This document shows, piece by piece, positions 41,659-54,399 of a DNA stretch of 64,000 bases. The position numbers and the translations under genes were made by a program. The notes under the pieces are model-generated. The model searched no databases and was not told the origin of the DNA. It was given only the letters and a program-made list of their open reading frames with translations. Origin of the DNA: Octopus vulgaris (taxonomy: Eukaryota); assembly GCA_951406725.2 (NCBI GenBank), contig OX597834.1:15562001-15626000 (forward strand), in the 5' to 3' direction. Position 1 is the stretch's first letter. Each line of letters opens with the position of its first letter.

Positions 41659-42058
41659 GCTGTGTGGTAAGTAGCTTGTTTACCAACCACATTGTTCCGG
41701 GTTCAGTCCCACTGCGTGACACCTTGGCCAAGTGTCTTCTACTATAGCCTCGGGCCGACCAAAGCCTTGTGAGTGGATTTGGTAGACGGAAACTGAAAGA
41801 AGCCCGTCGTATATATGTATATATATATGCGTGCGTGTGTTTGTGTGTCTGTGTTTGTCCCCATAGCATCGCTTGACAACCGATGCTGGTGTGTTTATGT
41901 CCCCGTTACTTAGCGGTTCGGCAAAAGAGACCGATAGAATAAGTACTGGGCTTACAAAACAATAAGTCCCGGGGTCGAGTTGCTCGACTAAAAGTGGTGC
42001 TCCAGCATGGCCACAGTCAAATGACTGAAACAGGTAAAAGAGTATAAGAGTAAAAGAG

Positions 42059-42059
<1 letters not shown>
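41656..42059 (+). mobile_element. SINE family A
   Basis: Near full-length match. Confidence 0.9.
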
Positions 42060-42090
<31 letters not shown>

Positions 42091-42255
42091 GGGTGAATAC
42101 TTGATAAGTATAAGCACCTGTATATGCCAGCTAGTAGCAGAGGTGAGAGGATATATGTATCAATGAAATAAACATCAATGTAAGAATAAGTTGTTTTATA
42201 AAGCTCGAAACATGTGTACCACGACATCCTTTGTGTTCTGTTTTTTATTTCATTT

Positions 42256-42320
<65 letters not shown>

Positions 42321-42325
<5 letters not shown>

Positions 42326-42535
42326 TAATCCAAACAAGAAAACAAAAACAAAAAAACAACAACGCAAGGACGTGGAACAAATAAAGTATTATTGGACGCT
42401 CAGGAAAGAAGGGAAGAAGGAGGATTTGACGTTTCGAGCGGAGCTCTTCGTTGGAAACATAGGAGAAGGAAAGATCCCGAGAAGGGAAGACAGGGGAAAA
42501 AAATCGCTAGTGATACAGACGAGGTCACATACTAA
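42321..42535 (-). mobile_element. Family E-related (TA)n insert with degenerate hammerhead-like motif (42425-42457)
   Basis: Shares GTATTA..CGCTCAGGAA; minus strand TTT-CCAACGA-A-GAGC(tcc)GCTC-GAAACGTC-AAA. Confidence 0.6.
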
Positions 42536-42568
42536 AAGACTATATGTAGATATATATATATATATATG

Positions 42569-42688
42569 AGAATTTTTTTGCGTAATAAGATAAAAAAAAA
42601 ACCAAGGCTGTGTAGATTTTATGGCATTTATAAAAGCTCTAATATCAATACAGCCTTGTTTTTTTATCTTATTACGCAAAAAAATTCT
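42569..42688. mobile_element. Fold-back made of two family F termini, in (TA)n
   Basis: 42569-42611 is inverse of 42650-42688; same terminus as 45760-45798 and 47755-47810. Confidence 0.75.
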
Positions 42689-42901
42689 TATATACACACG
42701 CTGACATAGAACCATTTATTCGCAACATTACCGAATCTGGAACTTAACTATGGTCTGTCTATAGCACTTATTCAGCATTACCTGACACCTTTGGGTCTCA
42801 ATGACACCATTATCTCCTTTATGTATATACTTTCAAATGAAAGTAAATGCAGAGGGGTGGATTTCTTAGCAATAAAATAAGCCCGAAATTCATGTTTAAC
42901 A

Positions 42902-43335
42902 GGTGCGTGGATGTGTGGCAACCATATGGTTCTGGGTTCAATACCACTTGCGTAACCGTGGTACCTTGGGCACGTGTCTTCTACTATAGCTTTGAGCCGA
43001 TCAAAGCCTTGTGAGTGGATCTGGTCGACAGAAACTAAATGAAGCCCGACGTATATATGTGTGTGTGTGAGAGAGAGAGAGAGAGAGCCTGTGTGTGTGT
43101 GTCTGTCTGTCTGTCTGTTTGTCTGTGTCTGTGTCGTTCTGTCTCTTTTGTTCCCCCAACACCGCTTGACAGCCAGTGTTCGTGTGTTTGCGAACCCCTA
43201 ACCAAGCAGTTCAGCAAAAGAGACCAATAGAATAAGCACCAGACCAGGCTTCAAAAGATAAGTACATAAGTACTTCAATATGGTGCGCCATCATGGCCAC
43301 AGATAAATGAATGAAACAAATGAAAAAAATAAAAG
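42902..43335 (+). mobile_element. Old SINE family A
   Basis: Diverged but colinear. Confidence 0.75.
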
Positions 43336-43663
43336 ATTAAATTTCAAGTATTTAATAAGTTTCACAGCAATAAGAAATGATGAAAGTTCAAACGTTCGAT
43401 AAATTTCCCCAGAATAATAATGCATGATAGAAATTGTAAAGTTCTCGAGGTTTCAAAGCAATAAATTACGTTAGCAATTAGATACGATGAACACTTTAAA
43501 GAAAGAAATAGCAAAAAAATACCAATTTGTACAAATTCAAACGTGTTGTGTAATGGAGAATTAGTCGTTCGCTTGCTTTGCAAAGAAAACACGGCTGTGT
43601 TTCATGCAAGTATTGCTTGGTACGTATAAATTTTAAGACACAGTTTCAAATCCTCTTTGGATA

Positions 43664-44079
43664 CTCTTTTACTGTTTTACTTGTTTCAGTCATTTGACTA
43701 CGGCCATGCTGGAGCACCGCCTTTTAGTCGAGCAAATCGACAACAGGACTTATTCTTTGGAAGCCCAGTACTTATTCTATCCGTCTCGTTTGCCGAACTG
43801 CTGATGTTACGGGGACGTAAACACACCACCATCGGTTGTCAAGCGATGTTGGGGGGGGGGGACAAACACAGACACACAAACATATACACACATATACCTG
43901 TATATATTCATATATACGACGGGCTTCTTTCAGTTTCTGTCTACCAAATCCACTCACAAGGCTTTTGTCGGCTCGAGGCTATAGTAGAAGACACTTGCCC
44001 AAGGTGCTACGCAGTGGGACTGAACCCGTAACCAAGTGATTCGTAAGCAAGCTACTTACTACACAGCAACTCCTGCGCC
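43664..44079 (-). mobile_element. SINE family A
   Basis: Full-length match. Confidence 0.9.
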
Positions 44080-44097
44080 TATTTCTATATCTTACAC

Positions 44098-44665
44098 TTT
44101 TTATTTGTTCCAGTCAGTGAACTGTGGCCATGTTGGGGCACTGCCTCAAAGAGTTTAGTCGAACGAATCGACCCCAATACTATTTGTAACTCTGGCATTT
44201 GATTTATCGTCATTTTTGCCGAACCGCTAAGTAACAGGGAGGTAAACTCACCAACATCGGTTGCCAAACTTTGGTAGGGGACAAACACAACACAAACACA
44301 CAGATACATAGACATGTCTGTACATGAATGTGCATATATATATATAGGGAGAATTCACAAAAAAACAAAAGACGAATACAGGTGGTGTAGTATAAAGCTC
44401 GGGAAGTGAAAAAGTCTTTAACACAGAAAGGAACCCAGTAAGAAACAAGGAGAGAAAATAAAGAATGTGTAGTGGCTAGCGATCTATCATGGTGAATATA
44501 TATATATATACATTTACAACGGGCTTCATTTTAGTTTCCGTCTAAATTATTCACTGACAAAGTTATGGTCGCCCTGGTTTGTCGCAGAAGTCCCATGCAG
44601 TGGGATCGAAACCATGACCACATGGTTGGGAAGCAGTCTTTTTAACCATTCAGCCATACCTGCAC
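44098..44665 (-). mobile_element. Old SINE A split by an internally deleted family E element (44347-44495)
   Basis: 3' half 44098-44310, 5' half 44517-44665. Confidence 0.75.
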
Positions 44666-45454
44666 TTTATGCCGATGAAAGTGAAAATATTCTTTCATTA
44701 TCACAATTTCAATAATTACAATTATTATTCATGTTGTTCTTAGGAAATAAATTACAATTAGTATGATATTGTAAATATATATTTTTTAGGGTCGTAATTA
44801 ATAAGAAAGATAACAGCAACGATACAGAAATACGTTCATTAAATATGATATATGAGAGAGAGAGATAGAGAGTAAGTGGGAGAAAGAATATTGCAATTTT
44901 TATTTGTGTTTTCTAAGGACGGTTGGTTTGACGCCATTTTGGGTTTTTTTATGTGGTCGTGCTAGTAATTCTGTCTCATATTTACGTTTGTGTATTTAAG
45001 TTGACAACAACATTTATGGAACATTAAGGACCGATGTTATTTAATGCTATTGCTCAGAATAAAAATAAAATGGAAATAAAAACCCAACGAAAATCAGAAC
45101 GCCATTATAATAATTAGCGATTCTCTACTGAGAATACGTTATTTGTTTTTAAAGCATTTGACATGGTTATCGTCAGACTGGTCATAAACCTTAATTTATG
45201 ACTTTGCGCACACACTTCACTCGTTGGCAATTTAAAGTAATAGCACTGGATATTTTGCATTTTTTCTTTTACGTTTTTAAAATTCAATTAACCCATGTAA
45301 ATTAAATGAGACTAACATAGGCGCCATTGTGTTGTTCCTCATCTTGCTAGAAATAGAAACCAAGCTTCATTAAACTGTACATTAATCTTACAAAATGAGA
45401 TGGACAATTTTGGGATGTTGTAGTTCTCGATATACTATTTGCCATTCGTCTTTT

Positions 45455-45680
45455 GACTTCTTTCAGTCATTATACCGCGGTCATACTGGGGCACTGTGTT
45501 GAAGAATCGATCCCAGTATTTATTTTTAATGGTGGGCACTTATTCTGTCGGTCGTTTTGCGTAACCGCTAAGTCTTAAAGAAGTAAACAAACCAACACCG
45601 CTTCTGAAGTGGTAGGGGAACTGATACAAACACTCACACACACACACATACACACATACATACATACATACATACAAACT

Positions 45681-45712
<32 letters not shown>

Positions 45713-46097
45713 TTCTAGAAACAGCTGTAAGACCTATCTATAAATGCTCTAATATATATACAGCCTTGGTTTTTTTATCTCATTACACAAAAAATTCATA
45801 TATATATATATATATAAAGGATATTTGTTAACTAGTCGTTCAACTCCATTCTTTCATATACCTATATATATATATATATACCGGAGTAAACACATAAATG
45901 TGAAACAAGGTGGAAAAAGAGTACTCAAATACCAGTGGTAGAGTAATATGCTTTATTTTAAGCAGCAGAAAATTCAACAAAATCTGTTACTCTGAGTTTC
46001 TCGTTGCCGTTCATCAGACAGCAAAAACTGTCTGATGAAAGGCAACGAGAAACTCAGAGTAACAGATTTTGTTGAATTTTCTGCTGCTTAAAATAAA

Positions 46098-46139
<42 letters not shown>

Positions 46140-46305
46140 GTATGTATGTATATACGACGGACTTCTTTCGGTTTCCGTCTACCAACTCCACTCACAAGGC
46201 TTTGGTTATCCCGAGTCTATAGCAAAATATACTTTCTGAAGGTACCATGCGGTGAGAGTGAACCCGAATTCATGTGGTTGGAAAGTAAACTTCTTACCAC
46301 GCAGC
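45455..46305 (-). mobile_element. Old SINE A whose central microsatellite hosts family F (45712-45798) and hairpin (45881-46102) inserts
   Basis: 3' half 45455-45640, 5' half 46154-46305. Confidence 0.7.
45947..46102. ncRNA. 75-bp-arm hairpin with a hammerhead motif in each arm (plus 46028-46065; minus 45984-46021)
   Basis: CTGT-CTGATGA-A(A/C)G(GCAA)CGA-GAAAC-TCAGA-GTA-ACAG; arms 45947-46021 and 46028-46102, 2 mismatches, 6-nt loop. Confidence 0.7.
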
Positions 46306-46424
46306 CCGAATAAAATACAAGGACATGTTGCTGATGAATAAACTTCATCTTTAGGCAACAAAGCAAAGCCATCGTCAGGCCTTCATGACGTCTCCTGCCG
46401 ATATATATCTTTTTTGTTTTTTTT

Positions 46425-46612
46425 CTTTTTTACTTGTTTCAGTCATTTGACTGCGGCCATGCTGGAGCACCGCCTTTTAGTCGAGCAAATCGACCCCAGG
46501 ACTTATTCTTTGTAAGCCTAGTACTTATTCTATCAGTCTTTTTTGCCGAACCGCTAAGTGACGGGGACGTAAACACACCGCCATCGGTTGTCAAGCGATG
46601 CTAGGGGGACAA

Positions 46613-46689
<77 letters not shown>

Positions 46690-46850
46690 ACGGGCTTCTT
46701 TCAGTTTCCGTCTACCAAATCCACTCACAAGGCTTTTGTCGGCCCGAGGCTATAGTAGAAGACACTTGCCCAAGGCGCCACGCAGTGGGACTGAACTCAG
46801 AACCATGTGGTTGGTAAGCAAGCTACCTACCACACAACCACTCCTGCGCC
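46425..46850 (-). mobile_element. SINE family A, full length
   Basis: Full-length match. Confidence 0.92.
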
Positions 46851-46923
46851 TATATATATATATATATATATATGGGCAAAATGGCTAGTTATAAAGTTTC
46901 ATGGATAGAGGAGTAACATGTAC

Positions 46924-47187
46924 TAAACAGTAAAGCAAGTAGCCACATCTAAATGGCAGATAAGCGTTACTACTAGTTTAACCCCAGTTGGTTTTCGTTG
47001 TAAGCTCTGCACCCTTATATGCAACACATTGCTAGCTGACAGGATCCAGTTACTGGAGGCTAGTAGGGGCTCGGTCCCTCTGCTAGCTATGTATTGTATA
47101 TAACCATGTGGTGGAGAATCCACCTGGGTTTAAACTAGTAGTAACAATCATCTACCACCTAGAGGTGGCTACTCGCGTTACTGCTTA
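46924..47187. mobile_element. Old fold-back or MITE with about 72-bp imperfect terminal inverted repeats and an inner inverted pair
   Basis: 46924-46996 is approximately inverse of 47116-47187 (shared GTAGCCAC, GTTACTACTAGTTTAA); ATATGCAACACATTGCTAGC vs GCTAGCTATGTATTGTATAT. Confidence 0.75.
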
Positions 47188-47199
47188 TATATGTATATA

Positions 47200-47522
47200 T
47201 AATAATAAAATATTAGGGAATAAATCCAAACTTACAGGGAAAAATCAGATTTAGGATTGAATCCAATTTTATAGTAAAATATATTATATTAAATTAGAGA
47301 TAAAACCACTATTAGGCAAATCATACAATGAAAAACTTAAGCCAATACATAAAATTAATTAATTTATATTATTTTAAATATATATCAAAAGTATTAAAAG
47401 TTTAATAAAAGATAATGAGTAAAACTTTTGATATATGTTTAAAATAATATAAATTAATTAATTTTATGTATTGGCTTAAGTTTTTCATTGTTTGATTTGC
47501 CTAATAGTGGTTTTATCTCTAA

Positions 47523-47531
<9 letters not shown>
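47200..47531. mobile_element. AT-rich (TA)n insert with a 108-bp inverted terminal duplication
   Basis: 47285-47392 is inverse of 47424-47531 with 2 mismatches; unpaired extension 47200-47284. Confidence 0.8.
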
Positions 47532-47573
<42 letters not shown>

Positions 47574-47815
47574 GAGAGAAAACTCAACCTACTGCTCTTT
47601 CTAGCACAAGGCTTTCCTATTTGGAAGCCTCTTAACGTGTTTTAATGTACACGATATTTTTATGTGAATAATATATAGTCTATTGACTAATTTTTTTTTT
47701 GTGCTAATGATAATTTCTATATATATATATAATAATTTATATATACATATATATTTTTTTTTCGTAATGAGATATAAAACCAAGGGTGTGTAGATTTTAG
47801 AACATTTATAGATAG

Positions 47816-47862
47816 GTCTTACAGCTGTTTCAGGATATTTATTATATCCCTTCATCGGAGAC
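47816..47862 (-). ncRNA. Minimal type I hammerhead (U4C variant) in a family F element (about 47755-47960)
   Basis: GTCT-CCGATGA-A-GGGATAT(aataa)ATATCCT-GAAAC(AGCT)GTA-AGAC. Confidence 0.7.
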
Positions 47863-47958
47863 GGTGTGAGAGGATGGTTAAGAAATAGTTAATTTAGATA
47901 AGATATAAAATAGAGAGTGAGGTGGAGGAAATAAAAGAAAATAGGTGAGATATGTAGG

Positions 47959-48030
47959 GGTATTACATTTGTAGATCCATTTTGTTTGTAGGCAGAATGG
48001 TATACATATAATATTCCAATACCTTATTGC

Positions 48031-48109
<79 letters not shown>

Positions 48110-48220
48110 GTCAAGTTCAGGCAGGTAACGTTGAATAAATGTTTAACTGAGGTATTGCATTTGTAGATCCATTTTTTTTAGGCAGAATGGTATACATATA
48201 ATATTCCAATGCCTTATTGC

Positions 48221-48305
<85 letters not shown>

Positions 48306-48344
48306 GTCAAGTTCAGGCAGGTAACGTTGAATAAATGTTTAACT
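47959..48344. repeat. Tandem duplication of about 190 bp including a (TA)n tract
   Basis: 47959-48148 and 48151-48344 with few differences. Confidence 0.9.
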
Positions 48345-48845
48345 AAATAAATGTCTCTAGAAAAATATTGTATTTCTATTTTGAGAGTTCTCTCTAGACA
48401 AAGCAGCTTTAATATTCACCATTTCTTTCGTTTCGTTAAAATTCCATTCCGTTGTATATAAGTTCTATTTTGATTCTCATATATATATATTACATATATA
48501 TATAATTTTACTGCTTTGCATCTATATTCTATCTCTACGTCTTCAATATCTTAACTCTCGCATTCACACTATCTGTATCTCTCTTTCTCTGTCTCTCTCT
48601 CTCCCTCAATGGCTCTTTCTTTTATCTTCTCCTCTTTCTCTCCCTCAATTTCTCTCCTCTATGTTTCAATGCTTTTTTTTCTTTATCAGTCGAAATTCAT
48701 GTCTAATTTCCATGATTATAATGAATCTTTGATTACTGTGTTTTAACAACAGATAAATAATCAAATAAAGAAGCAACGCAAAACAACGGTTTGTCTTTGT
48801 TTTCACTGTTGTTCTTGTCATGCATATTTATAATAATAATGTCGA

Positions 48846-49211
48846 GGCGCAATGGCCCAGTGGTTAGGGCAGCGGACTCGCGGTCGTAGCATCGCGGTTT
48901 CGATTCCCAAACTGGACGTTGTAAGTGTTTATTGAGCGAAAACACCTAGAGCTACACGAGGCTCCGACAGAGGGTGGTGGCGAACCCTTTCACCACAACA
49001 CTTTCTCTCTTCCTTGCTGTTTCTGATGTAACTGTATTTCAAAGGGGCCAGCCTTGTCACACTCTGCGTCACGCTGAATCTCCCTGGGGACTACATTAAG
49101 GGTACACGTGTCTGTGGAGTGCTCAACCACTTGCACGTTAATTTCATGAACAGGCTATTCCGTTGTTCGGATCAACTGGAACGCTCGTCGTCGTAACCGA
49201 CGGAATGCCAA
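48846..49211 (+). mobile_element. SINE with family C head and tail module X
   Basis: C head to about 48985; tail matches inverse of 8112-8290. Confidence 0.85.
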
Positions 49212-49226
49212 TGAAGATTTATAATC

Positions 49227-49268
<42 letters not shown>

Positions 49269-49283
49269 GTAACAACAATAAAA

Positions 49284-49499
49284 AGGCGGCGAGCTGGCAG
49301 AATCGTTAGCATGCCAGTCAAATTGCTTAGCAGTATTTCGCTCATCGCTACGTTCTGAGTTCAAATTCTGCCGAGGTCGACTTCCTCTTTCGTTCTTTTT
49401 GGGGGTCGATAAATTAAGTACCAGTGAAACACTGGTGTCGATGTAATCGACTAGTCTCCAGACCCAAAATTGCTGCCCTTGTGGAAAAATTTGAAACCA
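49284..49499 (+). mobile_element. SINE family B subfamily with alternative tail (CCCAAAATTGCTGCCCTTGTG..AAATTTGAAACC)
   Basis: B head and Meta-like body; tail differs from 39543 copy and resembles the 16655-17310 relics. Confidence 0.85.
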
Positions 49500-49591
49500 T
49501 ATTTATAATAATAATAATAATAATAACAATAATAACAACAGTAGCGATGGCATTAATAGTAATAATTAAAAAAAAAGATAATATCAATGAC

Positions 49592-49634
<43 letters not shown>

Positions 49635-50063
49635 GTGATGTTAATCATAACAACTAGAATTACAACAGCAACAAGAAGATGAAGAAGAAGACTTATTCCT
49701 GAAACAGTAAAGATTACGAGATAATATAATATGCAGAGTAATATTTTCGAATAATTTTTTTTCTTTCTCTTGTTGATATTTCTGTAAACACTATACAGGG
49801 AGGGGTGGAGGGAGGGAGGGTGGAGGGAGGGAGGGGTGGAGGGAGGGAGGGGTGGAGGGAGGGAGGGGTGGATGGAGGAGGTAAGGATGTAGGTAGGTAG
49901 GTAGGTAGGTATGTAGGTGGGTATGTAGGTGGAGAGGTGTGAAGGTAGGTGAGGAAGCAAGGAAATTGCAATGTCTTATCTTGCTTTTTTTAGCATTCTT
50001 ATATGATTATTTTTTTTTTATTTTATGATTATTTAAAAAATGACGATATCAATAATCATTACC

Positions 50064-50099
<36 letters not shown>

Positions 50100-50236
50100 T
50101 GTCATATCAGTAGTAGTAGTAGTAGTAGTGGTAGTGGTGGTGGTGGTGGTAATAGTAGTAGTAGTAGTAGTAGTAGTAGTAAAAAATGACGATACCAATA
50201 ATCATTACCATAATAATAATAATAATGTGTCATGTC

Positions 50237-50273
<37 letters not shown>

Positions 50274-50294
50274 TTGGTGGTGGTAGTAGTAGTG

Positions 50295-50327
<33 letters not shown>

Positions 50328-50723
50328 AGAATTACGCCAAAGTTTATTGTGAAACACATTTTAAATTTATTATTGTCGTTGCTGTTATCACCCACATCAT
50401 CATACAACCGACATCGTCATCTTCATCATCATCATCATCGTCGTCATCGTCGTCGTCGTCGTACAACATATCACCACAGCCACAACCAGCACCAGCACCA
50501 CCATCATCAACATCTTCATCATCCCAATAATCATCATCATGAATATCATCTTTTTCATCATCATCATCGTCATCATCAGTATCATCTTCTTGATCATCAT
50601 TATCGTCATCTTTTACATAATCTTTAATATGATCATTTCTTGTTATTCTTATTTTGTGGTTGTTATTGTTAAGTTTTTTGTATCAGTATTAGTATTATTG
50701 TTGTTATCGTTGCTGCTTTTTAC

Positions 50724-50794
<71 letters not shown>

Positions 50795-51158
50795 TTATTA
50801 TCATTATTATTATTATAATTAGTGACATTATTACCATTATTAGCATTAATTATTATTATTATTATTGTTATTATTTTATCACTATCAATATCGTCATTTA
50901 TATTATTATTATAACCATTATTAATATTATCATTATTTAACTTATTATTATAAATATAATAATTATAATAATAATAATAATAGTAATAATAATGATGATA
51001 ATAATAATAATAATAATAATAATAGTAATAATAATGATAATTATAATAATAATAATAATGATAATAATAATAATAGTAATAATAATAATGATAATGATGA
51101 TAATAATAGTAATAATAATAATAATTATAATGACGATGATGATAATAATAATAATAGT

Positions 51159-51199
<41 letters not shown>

Positions 51200-52305
51200 T
51201 GATGATGATGATAATAGTAGTAATAATAATAATAATGATGATAATAATAATAATAGTAATAGTAATAAAATAATGATGATGATGATAATAATAATAGCAA
51301 TAATAATAATAATATTTATTATTATCTTTATTTCATTTTAATTACCACTACTACTATTAATATTGTTATTGTTGTTGTTGCTATTTTCATAATCATATTC
51401 ATTACTACTAATACTACTATTATTGTTTTCATTATTATTTAGAAACAATTAATAACATCATTGCCTTCATCATCATCATCATCATCATTATTATCATCAT
51501 CAGGATGGCCACTCTCCCCACAATATTCATCATCATCACCATTCTCTTCTACATCATCATCATCCTCATCACAACTGCCATCACCATCACCACAAACACC
51601 ACTATCATCATCATCATCATCATGGATATCATTGTTTTCATCATCATCATCATCACCACCACCACCAACGCCACCACCACCATCACTAAGACCACCACCA
51701 TCACTAAGACCACCACCACCACCATCATCATCCTCATCATCACCATAATCCTTATCATTATCATCATCATCATCATCATCATCATCACCACCACCACCAA
51801 CGCCACCACCACCATCACTAAGACCACCACCATCACTAAGACCACCACCACCACCATCATCATCCTCATCATCACCATAATCCTTATCATTATCATCATC
51901 ATCATCATCATCATCATCACCACCACCACCAACGCCACCACCACCATCACTAAGACCACCACCATCACTAAGACCACCACCACCACCATCATCATCCTCA
52001 TCATCACCATAATCCTTATCATTATCATCATCATGGATATCATTGTTTTCATCATCATCATCACCACCACCATCACTAAGACCACTGCCGTCACCACAAA
52101 CACCACCACCACCACCATCATCCTCATCATCACCATAATCATTATCATTATCATCATCATCATCATCATCATCATCACCATCATCACCACCATCAACGTC
52201 ACCACAAACACCACCACCACCATCATCATCTTCATCATCACCATAATCATTATCATTATCATCATAATCATTATCACCACCACCACCACCACCATAATCA
52301 TTTCC
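49500..52305. repeat. Large trinucleotide field (AAT, TAG, CAT, CAC) with a G-rich purine tract at 49797-49880 and 132-bp higher-order units at 51664/51796/51928
   Basis: Direct reading. Confidence 0.9.
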
Positions 52306-52779
52306 AATTGTTTTTTTTTTCTTCTCTTTTTTTTTTCATCCATCCGGATATTCATCATTATCTAACTTATAATTACCCAGCTTCTCTCATACATCACGTT
52401 TCATTGGAAGAAATAAAACTAAGACGGAAAAAGAAAAGACGCTCTGTTTAAACTAGCAACAGCTTGGTTTAAGGAAAGAAACACACACAAAAACAAACAG
52501 AATAATAATAAGGAGAAGAAAAAAAACAGAGAAAAGAGAAAATTAATAAAATTGTTGAACGTTTGAATAACACAATGTGTTTCGTAAGAATAATTAGTTT
52601 TATGCTGTAGACATGATGGTGGAAGCATTCTAGTTTTAAACAAAATTCTCTCTGTCTTTCTTTCTTCCTCTTGCTCTCTCTTTCTCTCTCTCTCTCTCTT
52701 TCCTATTATCATTTGTGTGTTCTCTCTCTCTTTCTTTCTCTTTCTCTTATCTTACTCCATATATATGCATATATATATA

Positions 52780-53065
<286 letters not shown>

Positions 53066-53624
53066 GATAATGTACGTCTGTATGTACGTATGTGTGTATG
53101 TATGTAAATTATATATGTACATATATATAAATATATGTATATATTTATGCATATATAAACATACATATATATACATATATAATTCATGCTGGGTAATGTA
53201 TAATTCTATGTGAATATCATATCATATAATATGATATCATATATATATATACATACATACATACATATATACATATATCTACATGTAAACATATATCTAC
53301 ATGTATAGTCACATTGATATACATACATATAGAGAGAGATTGGGGGAGAGAATTTATATACATACAAGATATACACATAGAGAGAAAAGAGAGAAATTCG
53401 AATGAACGTGGGTTGGGGTTATATGTGCATGTGTGAACGTGTCGTACATTTATTAAATACTTATTAAATATGTATAAATAGCTTTGTGTAAGAAATCTAA
53501 AAGACAGAGATCTTCTGCATATATCTTACGTGTAAATGAAGTTCTTATCATTTTGCCATAAATTAATTTTCTTCTCCTCCTCCTCTCTGATTTCTATCTT
53601 TTATTTTTTTCATTTTCTCCTTCC

Positions 53625-54395
53625 GTCATCTTTCTTCTTCTTATTCTTCTTCTTCTTCTTCTTCTTCTTATTATTATTATTATTATTATTATTATTCTCC
53701 TTCTTCTTCTTCTTCTTCTTCTTCTTCTTCTTCTTCTTCTTCTTCTTCTTCTTCTTCTTCTCCTTCTTCTCCTACTTCTTCTTCTCCTTCTTCTTCTCCT
53801 TCTCCTCCTTCTTCTTCTCCTTCTACTTCTTCTTCTCCTTCTTCTTCTTCTCCTTCTCCTCCTTCTTCTTCTCCTTCTACTTCTTCTTCTCCTTCTTCTT
53901 CTTCTCCTTCTTCTCCTTCTTCTTCTTCTTCTTCTCCTCATTATTCTTCTTCTTCTCATTCTTCTTCTTCTTCTTCTCCTTCTTCTTCTCCTTCTTCCTC
54001 TTCTTCTTCTCCTTCTCCTCATTATTCTTCTTCTTCTCCTTCTTCTTCTTCTTCTTCTTCTTCTTCGTCTCCTTCTCCTCATTATTCTTCTTCTTCTCCT
54101 TCTTCTTCTTCTTCTCCTTCTTCTTCTCCTTCTTCTTCTTCTCCTTCCTCATCTTCTTCTTCTCCTTCTTCTTCTTCTTCTTCTTCTTCGTCTTCTTCTT
54201 CGTCTTCTTCTTCTTCTTCTTCTTCTCCTCCTTCTTCTTCGTCTTCTTCTTCGTCTCCTCCTCCTTCTTCTCCTTCTTCTTCTTCTCCTTCTCCTTCTTC
54301 TCCTTCTTTTTCTCCTTCTTCTCCTCTTCTTCTTCTCCTTCTCCTCCTTCTCCTCCTCCTCTTCCTCCTCCTCCTTCTTCTTCTTCTCCTTCTTC
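53625..54395. repeat. (TTC/TCC)n polypyrimidine tract of about 770 bp
   Basis: Direct reading. Confidence 0.95.
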
Positions 54396-54399
54396 ACCA

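Noticed and set aside
42015-42032. CAGTC-AAAT-GACTGAAAC in SINE A tails as a hammerhead half
   Set aside because: No upstream CUGAnGA box or stem III; better explained as the LINE-recognition stem-loop.
42780-42825. PLGLN motif resembling a Penelope endonuclease C-terminus
   Set aside because: Five-residue match without supporting upstream motifs.
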